Of a DNA stretch of 64,000 nt, positions 1 to 9,299 are shown piece after piece (the stretch's first letter is position 1; every line of letters starts with the position of its first letter). A program made the translations under genes and the position numbers. The stretch is from an uncultured Acidobacteriota bacterium (GTDB lineage Bacteria > Acidobacteriota > Thermoanaerobaculia > Multivoradales > JAHEKO01), in the NCBI GenBank assembly GCA_963713825.1, contig CAVQNG010000003.1, positions 608,001 through 672,000 on the forward strand, read 5' to 3'. The notes below the pieces were generated by a model, which was not told the DNA's origin, did no database searches, and was given only the letters and a program-made list of their open reading frames with translations.

Positions 1-2
1 AT

Positions 3-137
3 TCCTCGGCGCCTATCGCCGTCGGGGGTGAAGGGTTCAAGCTCATCTTCCGGTCTTACCCTTCCGGCCTCAAGATTCGCAGCTGGTGGTGGATCAACCA
101 AAAAGGCAAGCGGCTCGGTAAAAAGAAGTCTGGGTAG
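3..137 (+). CDS. 3' end of a gene entering from the left edge; unknown product
   Basis: Frame 3 is open from the window edge: SSAPIAVGGEGFKLIFRSYPSGLKIRSWWWINQKGKRLGKKKSG, then TAG at 135-137. Confidence 0.4.
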   Translation, partial: SSAPIAVGGEGFKLIFRSYPSGLKIRSWWWINQKGKRLGKKKSG

Positions 138-148
138 ATCATTCCGTG

Positions 149-298
149 ATGTCCGTGGTGCGAGATGAGCTCGCCCGCTGGGTGGGGGCTGCGACTGCTG
201 TTGTCTTTCTTCTCTTCGGCAAGGGCTTGACCGACCTCGGTCGAGTGACCTGGTACGGCCTTCTGTGGGCAGCCCCTGTTGTCCTGATCTTCGCGTGA
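149..298 (+). pseudogene. 49-aa hydrophobic ORF, possibly a truncated N-terminus of a Ca2+/H+ antiporter (ChaA-like)
   Basis: MSVVRDELARWVGAATAVVFLLFGKGLTDLGRVTWYGLLWAAPVVLIFA-stop has two hydrophobic segments; the ChaA resemblance is from recall only. Confidence 0.3.
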
Positions 299-311
299 GA
301 ACACAGGCACC

Positions 312-2123
312 ATGAACGAAGTCTTCCTCATCCTGCTGGGCGCAGCGATCCTCTTCGCCAGCAACCGGGTGCGGCCCGATGTCGTGGCGCTGCTGACGGT
401 GCTGGCGCTCATGCTGACCGAAGTCTTGACCCCGCGCGAGGCCTTGGCCGGATTCGGTGACCCCGTGATCATCGTGATCGCCGGGCTTCTCGTGGTCGGA
501 GAGGCTCTGACCCGCACCGGAGTCGCACAGGCCATCAGTCGGTGGATCATGCGGTTTGCCGGCAGCAACGAAACTCGGATTCTCATCCTGCTGATGGCTT
601 CCGCGGGGCTTCTCGGGGCCGTGATGAGCTCGACAGCCGTCGTCGCGATCTTCATTCCGGTCGCTTTGGCGATTGGGCGCAAGAGCGGTGTCGCACCCTC
701 TCGGCTGCTCATCCCGCTGAGCTATGCGTCTCTGATCAGCGGCATGCTCACGCTAATTGCCACGACACCCAATCTCGTGGCCAGCTCCGAGCTCGACAAG
801 GCCGGATTCGAACCCTTCAACTTCTTCGATTTCACCCCGCTTGGCCTGACGGTCTTGGTATTGGGCATCGCCTATATTGTTCTGTTCGGCAGACGCTTCC
901 TGCCGGGTCAAGAGAGAACCCCGGTCGAGACTGTGAGGCAGGGAATGCGAGAGCTCCTCGCCGAATTCGACATTCCGGGCCAGGCCGACCGACTGCGGAT
1001 CTCTCCTCTATCGCCGCTCGTCGGCCGGACCCTCGTCGACTCGGAGATCGGGACCCGCTACGACGCCTGGATCGTCCTGCTCGAGCGAGAGGAGCGCCTG
1101 GGACGGGTCACCAAGGCTTCGCCCAGCGGTGATCTGACGCTGCGGGCCGGAGATGTGCTGGTCGTCGGTGGAGCGCAAGAGAGCATCGACCAACTCGTCA
1201 ACGAGACCGAGCTCGAGCGACTGCCCCTGGAGGATCGACATCGGCGGCGCTGGCTGCGGGATGTTGGACTGGCCATCGTTCTCGTTCACCCTGAATCCCG
1301 GATGTTGGGCAAGTCCCTGAAGAAAGGCCGGTTCCGTTCGCGATACTCACTGAATGTGCTGGCCGTCCGTCGAAAAGGCAAGATCTTGGACTCGTTCCTC
1401 GATAAGTCACTCCAAGTCGGCGACGAGCTGTTGCTGCTGGGCTCATGGGATCTCATTGGAAGACTGCAGCGATTCGGTCATGACTTCGTGCTTCTGGCCC
1501 TGCCTGCGGAGCTTCAGGAGATGGCACCAGCGAGACGCCTGGCCCCGGTTGCTCTGCTGATCCTGATCGGAATGGTTCTGCTCACCGCCCTCGAGATCGT
1601 GCCAATCGTCGTGGCGGTGATGTTGGCCGCCCTGGCCGTGGTCGCAACTCGCACACTGACGATGGAAGACGCCTACAGATCCATCCACCTGAGCAGTCTG
1701 GTTCTGGTCGCAGGCATGCTGCCGGTGGCAGATGCCCTACAGAAGACAGGCGGCGTGGATTTGGTCGTTGGTGGTCTGGTTTCGGGCCTCGGTGACTCAG
1801 GCCCCTACCTGATGCTGTCAGCGCTGTTCTGGATGACGGCTGGTCTGGGGGTGTTTCTCTCCAACACCGCTACGGCTGTGCTCATGGCTCCAATCGCCAT
1901 CGGAGCAGCCCAAGCGGTGGGGGTTTCACCCTACGCCTTCGTCATGACCATCGCGATCGCCGCATCAGCGGTCTTCATGAGCCCGTTTTCCACGCCCGTA
2001 GTGACCCTGGTCGTGGCTCCAGGGGGCTACCGCTTCTCTGATTTTCTCAAGGTGGGGACACCATTGGTAATCCTGACGTGGCTGGTCGCCTTACTGCTGA
2101 TTCCGCTGCTCTTCCCCTTCTAG
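312..2123 (+). CDS. SLC13/DASS family permease with two TrkA-C domains
   Basis: 603 aa; RPDVVAL N-terminus, GMLTLIATTPNLV and FLSNTATAVLMAPIA motifs, central RCK-C-like soluble region, GGYRFSDFLKVG C-terminus. Confidence 0.9.
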   Translation: MNEVFLILLGAAILFASNRVRPDVVALLTVLALMLTEVLTPREALAGFGDPVIIVIAGLLVVGEALTRTGVAQAISRWIMRFAGSNETRILILLMASAGLLGAVMSSTAVVAIFIPVALAIGRKSGVAPSRLLIPLSYASLISGMLTLIATTPNLVASSELDKAGFEPFNFFDFTPLGLTVLVLGIAYIVLFGRRFLPGQERTPVETVRQGMRELLAEFDIPGQADRLRISPLSPLVGRTLVDSEIGTRYDAWIVLLEREERLGRVTKASPSGDLTLRAGDVLVVGGAQESIDQLVNETELERLPLEDRHRRRWLRDVGLAIVLVHPESRMLGKSLKKGRFRSRYSLNVLAVRRKGKILDSFLDKSLQVGDELLLLGSWDLIGRLQRFGHDFVLLALPAELQEMAPARRLAPVALLILIGMVLLTALEIVPIVVAVMLAALAVVATRTLTMEDAYRSIHLSSLVLVAGMLPVADALQKTGGVDLVVGGLVSGLGDSGPYLMLSALFWMTAGLGVFLSNTATAVLMAPIAIGAAQAVGVSPYAFVMTIAIAASAVFMSPFSTPVVTLVVAPGGYRFSDFLKVGTPLVILTWLVALLLIPLLFPF

Positions 2124-2154
2124 CTAGCAACTTCTCGGCGGCCGACTGGGGGGT

Positions 2155-2340
2155 TCAGGCGGGGTCGGTTGGATTCGAGGAGTCAGCACCGGGCTCGGCC
2201 TCGGTGTCGTTTGGACTACATTCCTTCCGGCGACCTGCCGGATTGGGCACCCCTCACGTAGGCACCCCCAGGCGCGGCAGTACCACGTACTGCAGCAGGA
2301 TCCAGCCCACGATGATGCCGATGAAAAGGAGATTATCCAT
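2155..2340 (-). CDS. Candidate small membrane selenoprotein (61 aa, UGA=Sec at codon 29)
   Basis: MDNLLFIGIIVGWILLQYVVLPRLGVPT-U-GVPNPAGRRKECSPNDTEAEPGADSSNPTDPA; ATG at 2340, in-frame TGA at 2256-2254, SECIS-like hairpin 11 nt downstream, final TGA at 2157-2155; missing from the ORF track. Confidence 0.7.
2226..2242 (-). promoter_or_regulatory. Bacterial SECIS-like element
   Basis: Minus strand reads UGA-GGGGUGCCCAA-UCCGGC-AGGUC-GCCGGA: a perfect 6-bp stem starting 11 nt after UGA, with apical GCAGGUC as in the E. coli fdhF SECIS (GCAGGUCUGC). Confidence 0.7.
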
Positions 2341-2522
2341 AGTTCTCGCTCTCGTCCTTCACCTTAACAGGCTGGACGCCTGTTTCATTCCAGATACGGT
2401 CCTGGGGTCGTGAGGTCTTGGAGTCCTGCAACATGCGGGAGTAGGGACCTAGGTGAGCAGGGGGGCGAATGAGACCGCGGGTTGCTTTGGGGCAATGGAC
2501 CGTGAGGGAGGGGGTCCCACTG

Positions 2523-2646
2523 CTCAAGGAAGCGGCCGGCAGAGGCGCCGGCCGCTTCTGTCCTCAAAGATCAGCCGAGGCACGCCGGCTGCCTCAACCC
2601 CAAGCCCTCAGAGAACGCCCGGCGGTGAGCCGGGCGCCTCGACCCT
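2523..2646 (+). repeat. Linker-plus-hairpin intergenic repeat, copy A (three hairpins)
   Basis: AAGCGGCCGGC-N6-GCCGGCCGCTT, CAGCCG-N8-CGGCTG and CGCCCGGC-GGTGA-GCCGGGCG, separated by CCTCAA-containing linkers including CCTCAACCCCAAGCCCTCA. Confidence 0.8.
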
Positions 2647-2738
2647 GACGACCCGAGCCGATAGCAATCGCTAGCGGTGAAATCGAATACACTTGCGCCG
2701 ACTCGAAGCAGGGGCATAGCCCTCGAGGGAGGCTGACA

Positions 2739-3604
2739 ATGCAAGAGATGTTCTCGAAGCGATGGTTCCGAATCCTCATTGGCGTTCTGGCCGTGTTGGC
2801 GTCGGTGTTCATGGGCCGCTATCAGCGCCAGACAGGGCCTACGTATCCGGTTCCCGTGAGTGAAGAGCTCGCCGGTTCGAGCATCTCCGGCAAACTGATA
2901 CGCACCCACGGCGGGGCAGGAGATGCCCATGTCACGTTGAGCGTCGCGTCCTCCACAGCCGAGGGTGAGGTTCTCTGGCGACGCTATCCCACCAACGAGG
3001 ATTGGGGCCGGCTCCCCATGCAGCGCGAGGGGGGGAGCTCGCGGCAGACCTGCCTCATCAGATCCCAGCAGCGAAGCTCGAATACTCCGTGCGACTGACC
3101 GACAGTGGGCAGGAGGTAGTCCTCCCGCACGGCGAGACGGCAGTCATCCGCTTCCGTGATGACGTACCGGCCTGGGTTCTCATACCTCACATCATTTTCA
3201 TGTTCGTATCCCTGGCCATCGTCTTCAGGGCAGCGTTTGGTGCTTTGCTGGGGGAGGACAACGTACGCCGCTTCATTCCCTGGGCTCTCGGATTCCTGCT
3301 GCCGGGGGGATTCCTGCTGGGGCCCCTCGTTCAGAAGTTTGCCTTCGACGCTTACTGGACGGGCTGGCCCTTTGGTGGCGACTGGACCGACAACAAGACA
3401 CTCGCCGCACTGGTAGCCTGGTTGATCGCCTGGTACATCTGCCGGCAATGGCCTCGCTTCGAACGACTCGCCATCCTCTTTGCCTCCGTCGTCATGCTGG
3501 GGGTCTATCTGATTCCCCACAGCATTCACGGCAGCGAGCTGGATTGGTCCCAAATGGAAGCGGTAGCAACCGAGCCAGCCCCCGAGGCGGCCGACGGAGG
3601 CTAG
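2739..3604 (+). pseudogene. Membrane protein split by a frameshift in a G7 run (true pseudogene, phase variant or sequencing error)
   Basis: ORFs 2739..3098 and 3002..3604 join as ...MQREGG/ELAADLPHQIPAAKLEY... if one G is added at 3029-3035; GGAGG RBS; C-terminal TM helices with the FDAYWTGWPFGGDWTDNKT motif. Confidence 0.75.
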
Positions 3605-3640
3605 ACACAGATTCGCTGTTGCAAGGCGTCAGGATCTCGA

Positions 3641-3741
3641 GACCCCTACGCCCTGAAGCCCCTGAGCCTCTATTGCCCAGGACCCAAGCCCTCAAGGACC
3701 GGCCGAGACAAAGTCCGGCCGCCTCAACCCCCAAGCCCTCA
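3641..3741 (+). repeat. Linker-plus-hairpin intergenic repeat, copy B
   Basis: CCCCTACGCCCTGAAGCCCC...TATTGCCCAGGACCCAAGCCCTCAAGGAC-CGGCCG-N10-CGGCCG-CCTCAACCCCCAAGCCCTCA, between convergent genes. Confidence 0.8.
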
Positions 3742-3746
3742 TTGCC

Positions 3747-5294
3747 TCAGTGCTTGTGCACGTCCTTGTGCATCAGGCGCCGGCTGGCCTTCAGGCGCTC
3801 ACCGGCGGGTAGAGCCTTCAATCGGGCATTGAGCCCTTCATCGGACTCACCTTCGAGCTTGCCGATCACGAGATCGATGAGGCGAGGCGACAAACCCCGT
3901 GCCTCGAAGAACTCCCGATTCTCGCCAAGGCTACGAGCGGCGGCCACGGCGCTTGCCGGTAGCTGGTCCAGAGAGTCTCCTGCTTCCGGTGTCTCAGCCC
4001 TGCCGTCGCTGACTTCGAGCTGGCGAGCCAGATCCTCCGACTCGGCCGATGAAAGTCCCTCTTCGACACAGAGAGTCACGGCAGCCAAAAGGAGCTGCGA
4101 GAAAGCACTTCCATCTGGGCTTCGATACTCCACCGTCGTCCGCGCCAGGCTCTCGGGGTAAGAACCGGTTTCTGCCGAGTTCGTGACCTGATCCAAGCGA
4201 CCCTCGGTGGCGAAATCGAGGGGAACTCGGATGAGACTCGTGCGATTCCGCTCTCCCCAGCAGACGTTGGTCGGCGCTTCCTGTCCCGGTACCAGTCGCA
4301 GATAGCTCGCCGCCACGGTGTTACCGAAGGCCGTCAGCGGTGCCGCTCTCTCGAGCAAGCCGCCGATCATGCGGAGAGATTCTCCTGAGAGCTCGCCACC
4401 AGCATCGCGCATGACGCTCTCACCAGACCGCTGTAAGGCCAGGTGAAGGTGCAGACCGCTGCCAGCCATGCCCTGATCCAGTTTCGGCACGTAGGTCACC
4501 GACGCATCGTGGCGATCGGCGATCACCCTGACCAACCAACGCGTGACGGCCAGCCAGCAGGCCAGGTCCTCGACCGGCATGAGGTCGAACTCCAACTCGT
4601 ACTGCTCTACTCTGCGGCCATCGAGCTCGGCCTCCTCGGACTCCAAACGATCGATGTAGCCCACCTCGCTGTGGCAGTACTTGACCTTGCCGGAAACAGC
4701 CGACGCCACACGCAGGATCTCGTCGGCCACGGTATGACCATGCAAGTAGGGCGCACTCTGGTGATAGTTGCGCTGCGATTTGCCGGTGAACCTGTCGTCG
4801 GATCGCTCGAGGACCAGGTAGAACTCCAGCTCGGCCAGGGCCTCCAATTCGAGGCCGGTCCTGTTGCGTAGGCGCTCGGCCGCGGTCACCACGACATTGT
4901 CAGGTGTGCTGACACAGGGTTGCCCCCGATGGTCGACGAAGCGACAGACGATGTCCAGCTCATCGTCGGCGAAGGGGTTCAAGAAGGCCCAGCGATAGAC
5001 CGGCACGGCGTAAAGATCACTCTCCCCAGTGGGGAAGAGCCCGGGGAAGAGACTCGACCCATCGACGCGCTCACCACCCGCCAGGATCCGCTCGAGGTAT
5101 GCACGGTTGTTCACCGGCAACCTCAACTCCCTCAGCTTGCCGTCGAACGAGGTGTAGCGGAAGTTCACCACCTGAATGCCATCGGCCAGGCAGAGCTCCA
5201 GCAGATCGGAGCGCTGCCATTGCTCCGGAGGCTTACCCAGCCGGCGTACCAGAGGCCGGATATCCCACGTCAGATCCCCTGATTTCGATTCCAT
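3747..5294 (-). CDS. glnA: Glutamine synthetase family protein
   Basis: DGSS, ELEFYL, HSEVG, GSGLHLH, SYLRLVPGQEAP, NRTSLIRVP and EYRSPD motifs; start placed at ATG 5294 (GGAG RBS) rather than 5480. Confidence 0.85.
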   Translation of the reverse strand: MESKSGDLTWDIRPLVRRLGKPPEQWQRSDLLELCLADGIQVVNFRYTSFDGKLRELRLPVNNRAYLERILAGGERVDGSSLFPGLFPTGESDLYAVPVYRWAFLNPFADDELDIVCRFVDHRGQPCVSTPDNVVVTAAERLRNRTGLELEALAELEFYLVLERSDDRFTGKSQRNYHQSAPYLHGHTVADEILRVASAVSGKVKYCHSEVGYIDRLESEEAELDGRRVEQYELEFDLMPVEDLACWLAVTRWLVRVIADRHDASVTYVPKLDQGMAGSGLHLHLALQRSGESVMRDAGGELSGESLRMIGGLLERAAPLTAFGNTVAASYLRLVPGQEAPTNVCWGERNRTSLIRVPLDFATEGRLDQVTNSAETGSYPESLARTTVEYRSPDGSAFSQLLLAAVTLCVEEGLSSAESEDLARQLEVSDGRAETPEAGDSLDQLPASAVAAARSLGENREFFEARGLSPRLIDLVIGKLEGESDEGLNARLKALPAGERLKASRRLMHKDVHKH

Positions 5295-5624
5295 TTTTGT
5301 CTCCACCCGAGCGAGCTTAGCAGGGTGGTTCATATTTCTGCAGCGCGGCATCCCACATTCTTGAATCTGCACCAGCCCATGAAAGTCACCACCATAAGTT
5401 GCTTCTTTACAGCTATTTACACTCCCATCTCTCGATGGGCCGGCGACAGGGTCCGTCACTTCGGAGGAGAAATTCTTCAAGATTCTGCACCTGCACTAGG
5501 AAGTTCCAGTCACCTGAATCCCTGGGTACACGCTTCACGAAATTGAATCCGTGTCCCGAATCGTCAATGTTCCTCTTGCTCCTCAGCCAGATGCGGCCAG
5601 TCGTTCGCTCGAGCTTTCGGCGTT

Positions 5625-5640
5625 TGGCACCCTCCTTGCT
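5625..5640 (+). promoter_or_regulatory. Sigma54 (RpoN) -24/-12 promoter upstream of the TonB receptor
   Basis: TGGCAC-CCTCC-TTGCT matches the consensus TGGCAC-N5-TTGCW exactly, about 110 nt before the start codon. Confidence 0.7.
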
Positions 5641-5748
5641 CTAGGCCCACCTGACGAGAGCGATTCACAGCGCGCAGATCCACGTGGAGTTCCGTTCTCG
5701 CGAGCAGCACGCAGCCACATCGATCCAACTACCCAAGGAGGATCACCC

Positions 5749-8700
5749 ATGAGAACAAACAGATGGTTATGGCCGCTAGCGTTGGCATTTGCACTACTGC
5801 TGAGCACAGCGGCAATCACAAATGCACAAGAGGAGACCGGGAACATTTACGTCCAGGTCACCGACACCGCAGGACAAACTCTGCCAGGCGCCAGTGTTGA
5901 AATGGTGGGTGGCGGAGCGCCCAGACTCGGGATCACCAGCGCGCAGGGTGAAACGCGTTTCCTCGGTCTGGCCCCAGGCAATTACAGCCTGAAGGCCACC
6001 CTGGACGGTTTCTCCACCGTTGAGTACCCGAACGTCAACGTCAGGGTCGGCCGTAACACCACGATCCAGGTGCAGCTCAGTGCTGCCATTGGTGAGGTGA
6101 TCACGGTGACTTCTGAGAGCCCACTGTTGGATGAGCGCCGGCTCACCGCCGGTACCACGATCAGTCAGGTCGAGCTCGAGAGCATTCCGAGCGCGCGTGA
6201 CCCGTGGGCCATCGTGCAGCAGGCTCCCGGAGTCATGACCGACCGCATCAACGTCGGTGGTAACGAGAGCGGCCAGCAGGCCGTCTTCCGTGGCCAGGCC
6301 AACAACGGCGACGAGAACGACTTTCTTGTCGACGGTGTCCAGATCACGGACATGTCCGCCATCGGCTCCTCACCGACCTACTACGACTTCGACCAGTTCT
6401 CCGAGATTCAGCTGGCAACCGGTGGTCCCGATGTAAGCAAGGGCGCAGCCGGTGTCTCGGTCAATATGGTCACCAAGCGTGGTACCAACGAGTTCCGCGG
6501 CACGGCACGCTTTCTGCTGACGGATGCCGCTGGTTACTTCGGCGCGCTCGAAGCCGCGGATCCGGGTTACTCGGACAGCGACCTCGGACCGGGCCAGGAC
6601 AACTACTCCGGTGACACGGTCGATCGGATTCAGGAATTCGGCTTCGAGGCCGGTGGTCCGGCGTGGCGGGATCGCGTCTGGCTGTGGGCTTCGTGGGGTC
6701 AGAACGACATCAATCGGATCGTCGGTAGTGGCCAGTCCGACCGCACGATCCTCGAGGGCACCGCGGTCAAGTTGAACGCCCAGTTCACCGCGGCCAACTC
6801 CTTCGTTGCCTCCTTCAACAACGGCGACAAGGTCAAGTTCGGCCGTGGTGCGTCGCCGGACAACGATCCGTCGTCGACCCGTAACCAGCGTGGTCCGACG
6901 GGGATCACCAAACTCGAGGACACGCACGTCTTCGGCTCGAACCTGTTCCTGACCGGTCAGTACTCCTTCGTCGATGGCGGTTTCTCGCTGACGGCGCTGG
7001 GCGGCTCAGGCCCAGACCTTCCCGCGATTCCGTTCCCTGGCGGCGAAAAGTACACCAACGGCGACGGTTTCGTGACCAACAACTCTACCGGCGGCAACAG
7101 CCGTCCGACCGAGGAGTTCAAGATCGACGGTTCCTACTTCTTCACCACCTCGAGCTTGAACCACGAGATCAAGTTTGGTGGTCGAACGCGCGAAGCCTCG
7201 ACCGAGAGCGCCTGGTCGTATCCTGGCCGCAACATCTTCCACTACGACGGCACCTATGCCGGCGTGGCGGGCGACAGGGAACTCGGTGCCTCGCTCGGAC
7301 TGCCTGTGGCCCGTGCGGACGACTACGCTGCGGTCTACGCCTACCGTCAGGGTCCCGTACCTGTCATCACGAACTACGATTCGTTGTGGGTGCAGGACAC
7401 GATGACGATGGGCTCCTGGACCTTCAACGTCGGCTTCCGTTGGGACGATCAGTCGGGTGAGAACACGGCTGGCGTCGTGGATGCCAACCTCGGCTTCCCG
7501 AATGAAATGCCGGCCCTCGACTTCGCGGGCAACAACGCCGACGGCCTCAACTGGTCGAGTATCACTCCTCGCCTGGGTGTCACTTACGCCCTCGGTGAGG
7601 AGCGCAAGACACTCATCCGCGGTAGCTTCTCGCAGTTCCCGGATGTCATGTCGTTGACCAACATCAGCCGCGTGAACCCCTTGTCCGGACAGTTGGCGTA
7701 CATCGTCTTCGTCGACGATCCGGCTGGTTTCCCGGGCTTTTACGATGACGGCGAACAGTACGCAGTGGCAGCCGGCTACTGGGGCTACAACCCGAACGAC
7801 CCGGCGGCTCTGTCGTCCTCGAACAAGAACGATCCGGGCATGGATGCTCCGCTCACCAACGAGTTGATCCTTGGTGCCGAGCATGCCTTCCTGCCTGAGT
7901 TCGTGGTCAGCGGTACCCTCACCTGGCGTAAGGTCACGGATGTACAGGACTTCCAGCGGTTGTTCACGCCGCTCGGCAACGACAACGCGACACCGCAGAC
8001 GATTCCGGCCAGCGAGTACATCACGGACCCGACACCACTCGTGATCACGATCCCGGGTATTGGCGGCCCTGCTGCAACCGAGTCGTATACCACCTACTCG
8101 GCGGATCCGTCGAAATGGAACTACACAGGTGGTCAGCTGTTCACCAACGGTGATCGTGAGATCGACTACCTCGGTGCAACCATCGGCTTCACGAAGCGAC
8201 TGGCGAACCAGTGGATGATGCGTGGCTACGTCCAGTACAACTTCGACGAGTCCTGGAGCGTGCCGGGTAGCTACTTCAACAACAACGATCCCAACCGAGT
8301 GCTGCCTGGTGTGGCGTCCGGTGCTGTCATCGATGGCTCGACCTACGTCATCCAGTCGACCGGTTCCGGCCGCGACGAGTCCTGGCTGCAATCGGAATGG
8401 GGTTGGAACTTGAACGGCATGTACCAGGTGGCGCCCGACAGGCCCTGGGGCTTCAACGTCGCCGCCAACATGACCGGCCGTCAGGGCTATCCGATTCCGT
8501 ACTACCGGAACAGAACCGGTCTGGACGGAATTTCACGGTCGATTCAGGCTGCACAGAACATCGACGACTATCGCATGGACGATCTGTTCTCGATGGATAT
8601 GCGGCTCGAGAAAGAGTTCAGGACGGCGGGCAACCTCGGCCTGACCTTCTCGATCGACGCCTTCAATATCTTCAACAACGGCGTCGTGCTGGACCGCAAC

Positions 8701-8790
8701 CGCAACACCACCTCCGGCAACGTGGGGTGGATCAGTACCTCGCTGGCACCGCGGGTCTTCCGACTCGGTGTCCGCTTGAACTGGCGGTAA
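5749..8790 (+). CDS. TonB-dependent receptor (Oar-like) with N-terminal carboxypeptidase-regulatory-like domain
   Basis: AAGGAGGA RBS, signal peptide MRTNRWLWPLALAFALLLSTAAITNA, plug region (ARDPWAI...VNMVTKRGTNEFRG), C-terminal PRVFRLGVRLNWR beta strand. Confidence 0.9.
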   Translation: MRTNRWLWPLALAFALLLSTAAITNAQEETGNIYVQVTDTAGQTLPGASVEMVGGGAPRLGITSAQGETRFLGLAPGNYSLKATLDGFSTVEYPNVNVRVGRNTTIQVQLSAAIGEVITVTSESPLLDERRLTAGTTISQVELESIPSARDPWAIVQQAPGVMTDRINVGGNESGQQAVFRGQANNGDENDFLVDGVQITDMSAIGSSPTYYDFDQFSEIQLATGGPDVSKGAAGVSVNMVTKRGTNEFRGTARFLLTDAAGYFGALEAADPGYSDSDLGPGQDNYSGDTVDRIQEFGFEAGGPAWRDRVWLWASWGQNDINRIVGSGQSDRTILEGTAVKLNAQFTAANSFVASFNNGDKVKFGRGASPDNDPSSTRNQRGPTGITKLEDTHVFGSNLFLTGQYSFVDGGFSLTALGGSGPDLPAIPFPGGEKYTNGDGFVTNNSTGGNSRPTEEFKIDGSYFFTTSSLNHEIKFGGRTREASTESAWSYPGRNIFHYDGTYAGVAGDRELGASLGLPVARADDYAAVYAYRQGPVPVITNYDSLWVQDTMTMGSWTFNVGFRWDDQSGENTAGVVDANLGFPNEMPALDFAGNNADGLNWSSITPRLGVTYALGEERKTLIRGSFSQFPDVMSLTNISRVNPLSGQLAYIVFVDDPAGFPGFYDDGEQYAVAAGYWGYNPNDPAALSSSNKNDPGMDAPLTNELILGAEHAFLPEFVVSGTLTWRKVTDVQDFQRLFTPLGNDNATPQTIPASEYITDPTPLVITIPGIGGPAATESYTTYSADPSKWNYTGGQLFTNGDREIDYLGATIGFTKRLANQWMMRGYVQYNFDESWSVPGSYFNNNDPNRVLPGVASGAVIDGSTYVIQSTGSGRDESWLQSEWGWNLNGMYQVAPDRPWGFNVAANMTGRQGYPIPYYRNRTGLDGISRSIQAAQNIDDYRMDDLFSMDMRLEKEFRTAGNLGLTFSIDAFNIFNNGVVLDRNRNTTSGNVGWISTSLAPRVFRLGVRLNWR

Positions 8791-8822
8791 GTCGTCCATT
8801 CAAACCAGGCCACACGCTTCAC

Positions 8823-8852
8823 CGCCGGGGGGGCAACTCCCCGGCGCTTTTT
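8823..8852 (+). terminator. Rho-independent terminator
   Basis: CGCCGGGGGG-GCAA-CTCCCCGGCG hairpin followed by CTTTTT, just after the TonB receptor stop. Confidence 0.8.
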
Positions 8853-8883
8853 GTTCCCGCCTAGCCGATGGCTAGGCAGTCAA

Positions 8884-8983
8884 GGGTTGAGGCGTCCGGT
8901 CGTTCCTTCCGGACGATCTATGAGGGCTTGGGGGTTGAACCGGCCGCACTCCGTGTCGGCCGGCCTTTGGGGCTTGGGGGAAC
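8884..8983 (-). repeat. 100-bp two-hairpin repeat, inverted partner of 12978..13077
   Basis: The reverse complement differs from 12978..13077 at 5 of 100 positions (manual alignment). Confidence 0.9.
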
Positions 8984-8999
8984 AGCCGACAAACAACCC

Positions 9000-9205
9000 T
9001 CGCGCCCCTACTGTCCTATGCCCTTACGCCCCCCTTGGTGCCAAAGGTTCGTCCGGGTGGTTCGGCAGGGGGGGCTCGACAAGCGCAGCGCAAGAGCCGT
9101 CGAAGTTCACGGCCCATCCGGCGCGCCGGAGAGCGCAGGTGGCGGCCAAACCCGTCAAAGCCTGAGTAGCCGACGCCGTCCCCCGGCGAACCACCTGGGC
9201 GCGGA
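9000..9205 (-). repeat. MITE-like element with imperfect terminal inverted repeats; homolog of 48514..48710
   Basis: GGTTCGTCCGGGTGGTTCGGCAGGGGG at one end and CCCCCGGCGAACCACCTGGGCG at the other; internal blocks GGACGGCGTCGGCTACTCAG and GGCCGCCACCT are shared with the 48.5-kb copy. Confidence 0.7.
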
Positions 9206-9299
9206 CCCCCACTACCAGTTTCTCGATAGGATCAAGTGGACCGATCAGCGTCCCAACAGACGCTTTCAGCTCACCAGCATCTGATCGAGGAGTCACCCC

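Noticed and set aside
2-121. Possible UGA readthrough in frame 2 at the left edge
   Set aside because: Frame 3 is open and protein-like, and no SECIS-like hairpin is evident at the right distance
5295-5748. N-terminal extensions of glnA (to 5480) and the TonB receptor (from 5551) given in the ORF track
   Set aside because: Better RBS-supported starts exist at 5294 and 5749, and the interval holds promoter elements
7006-8391. Long antisense/overlapping ORFs (e.g. 7006..8391, 13890..15092, 33319..34587, 51924..53291)
   Set aside because: Shadows of real genes in high-GC DNA, with no recognisable motifs
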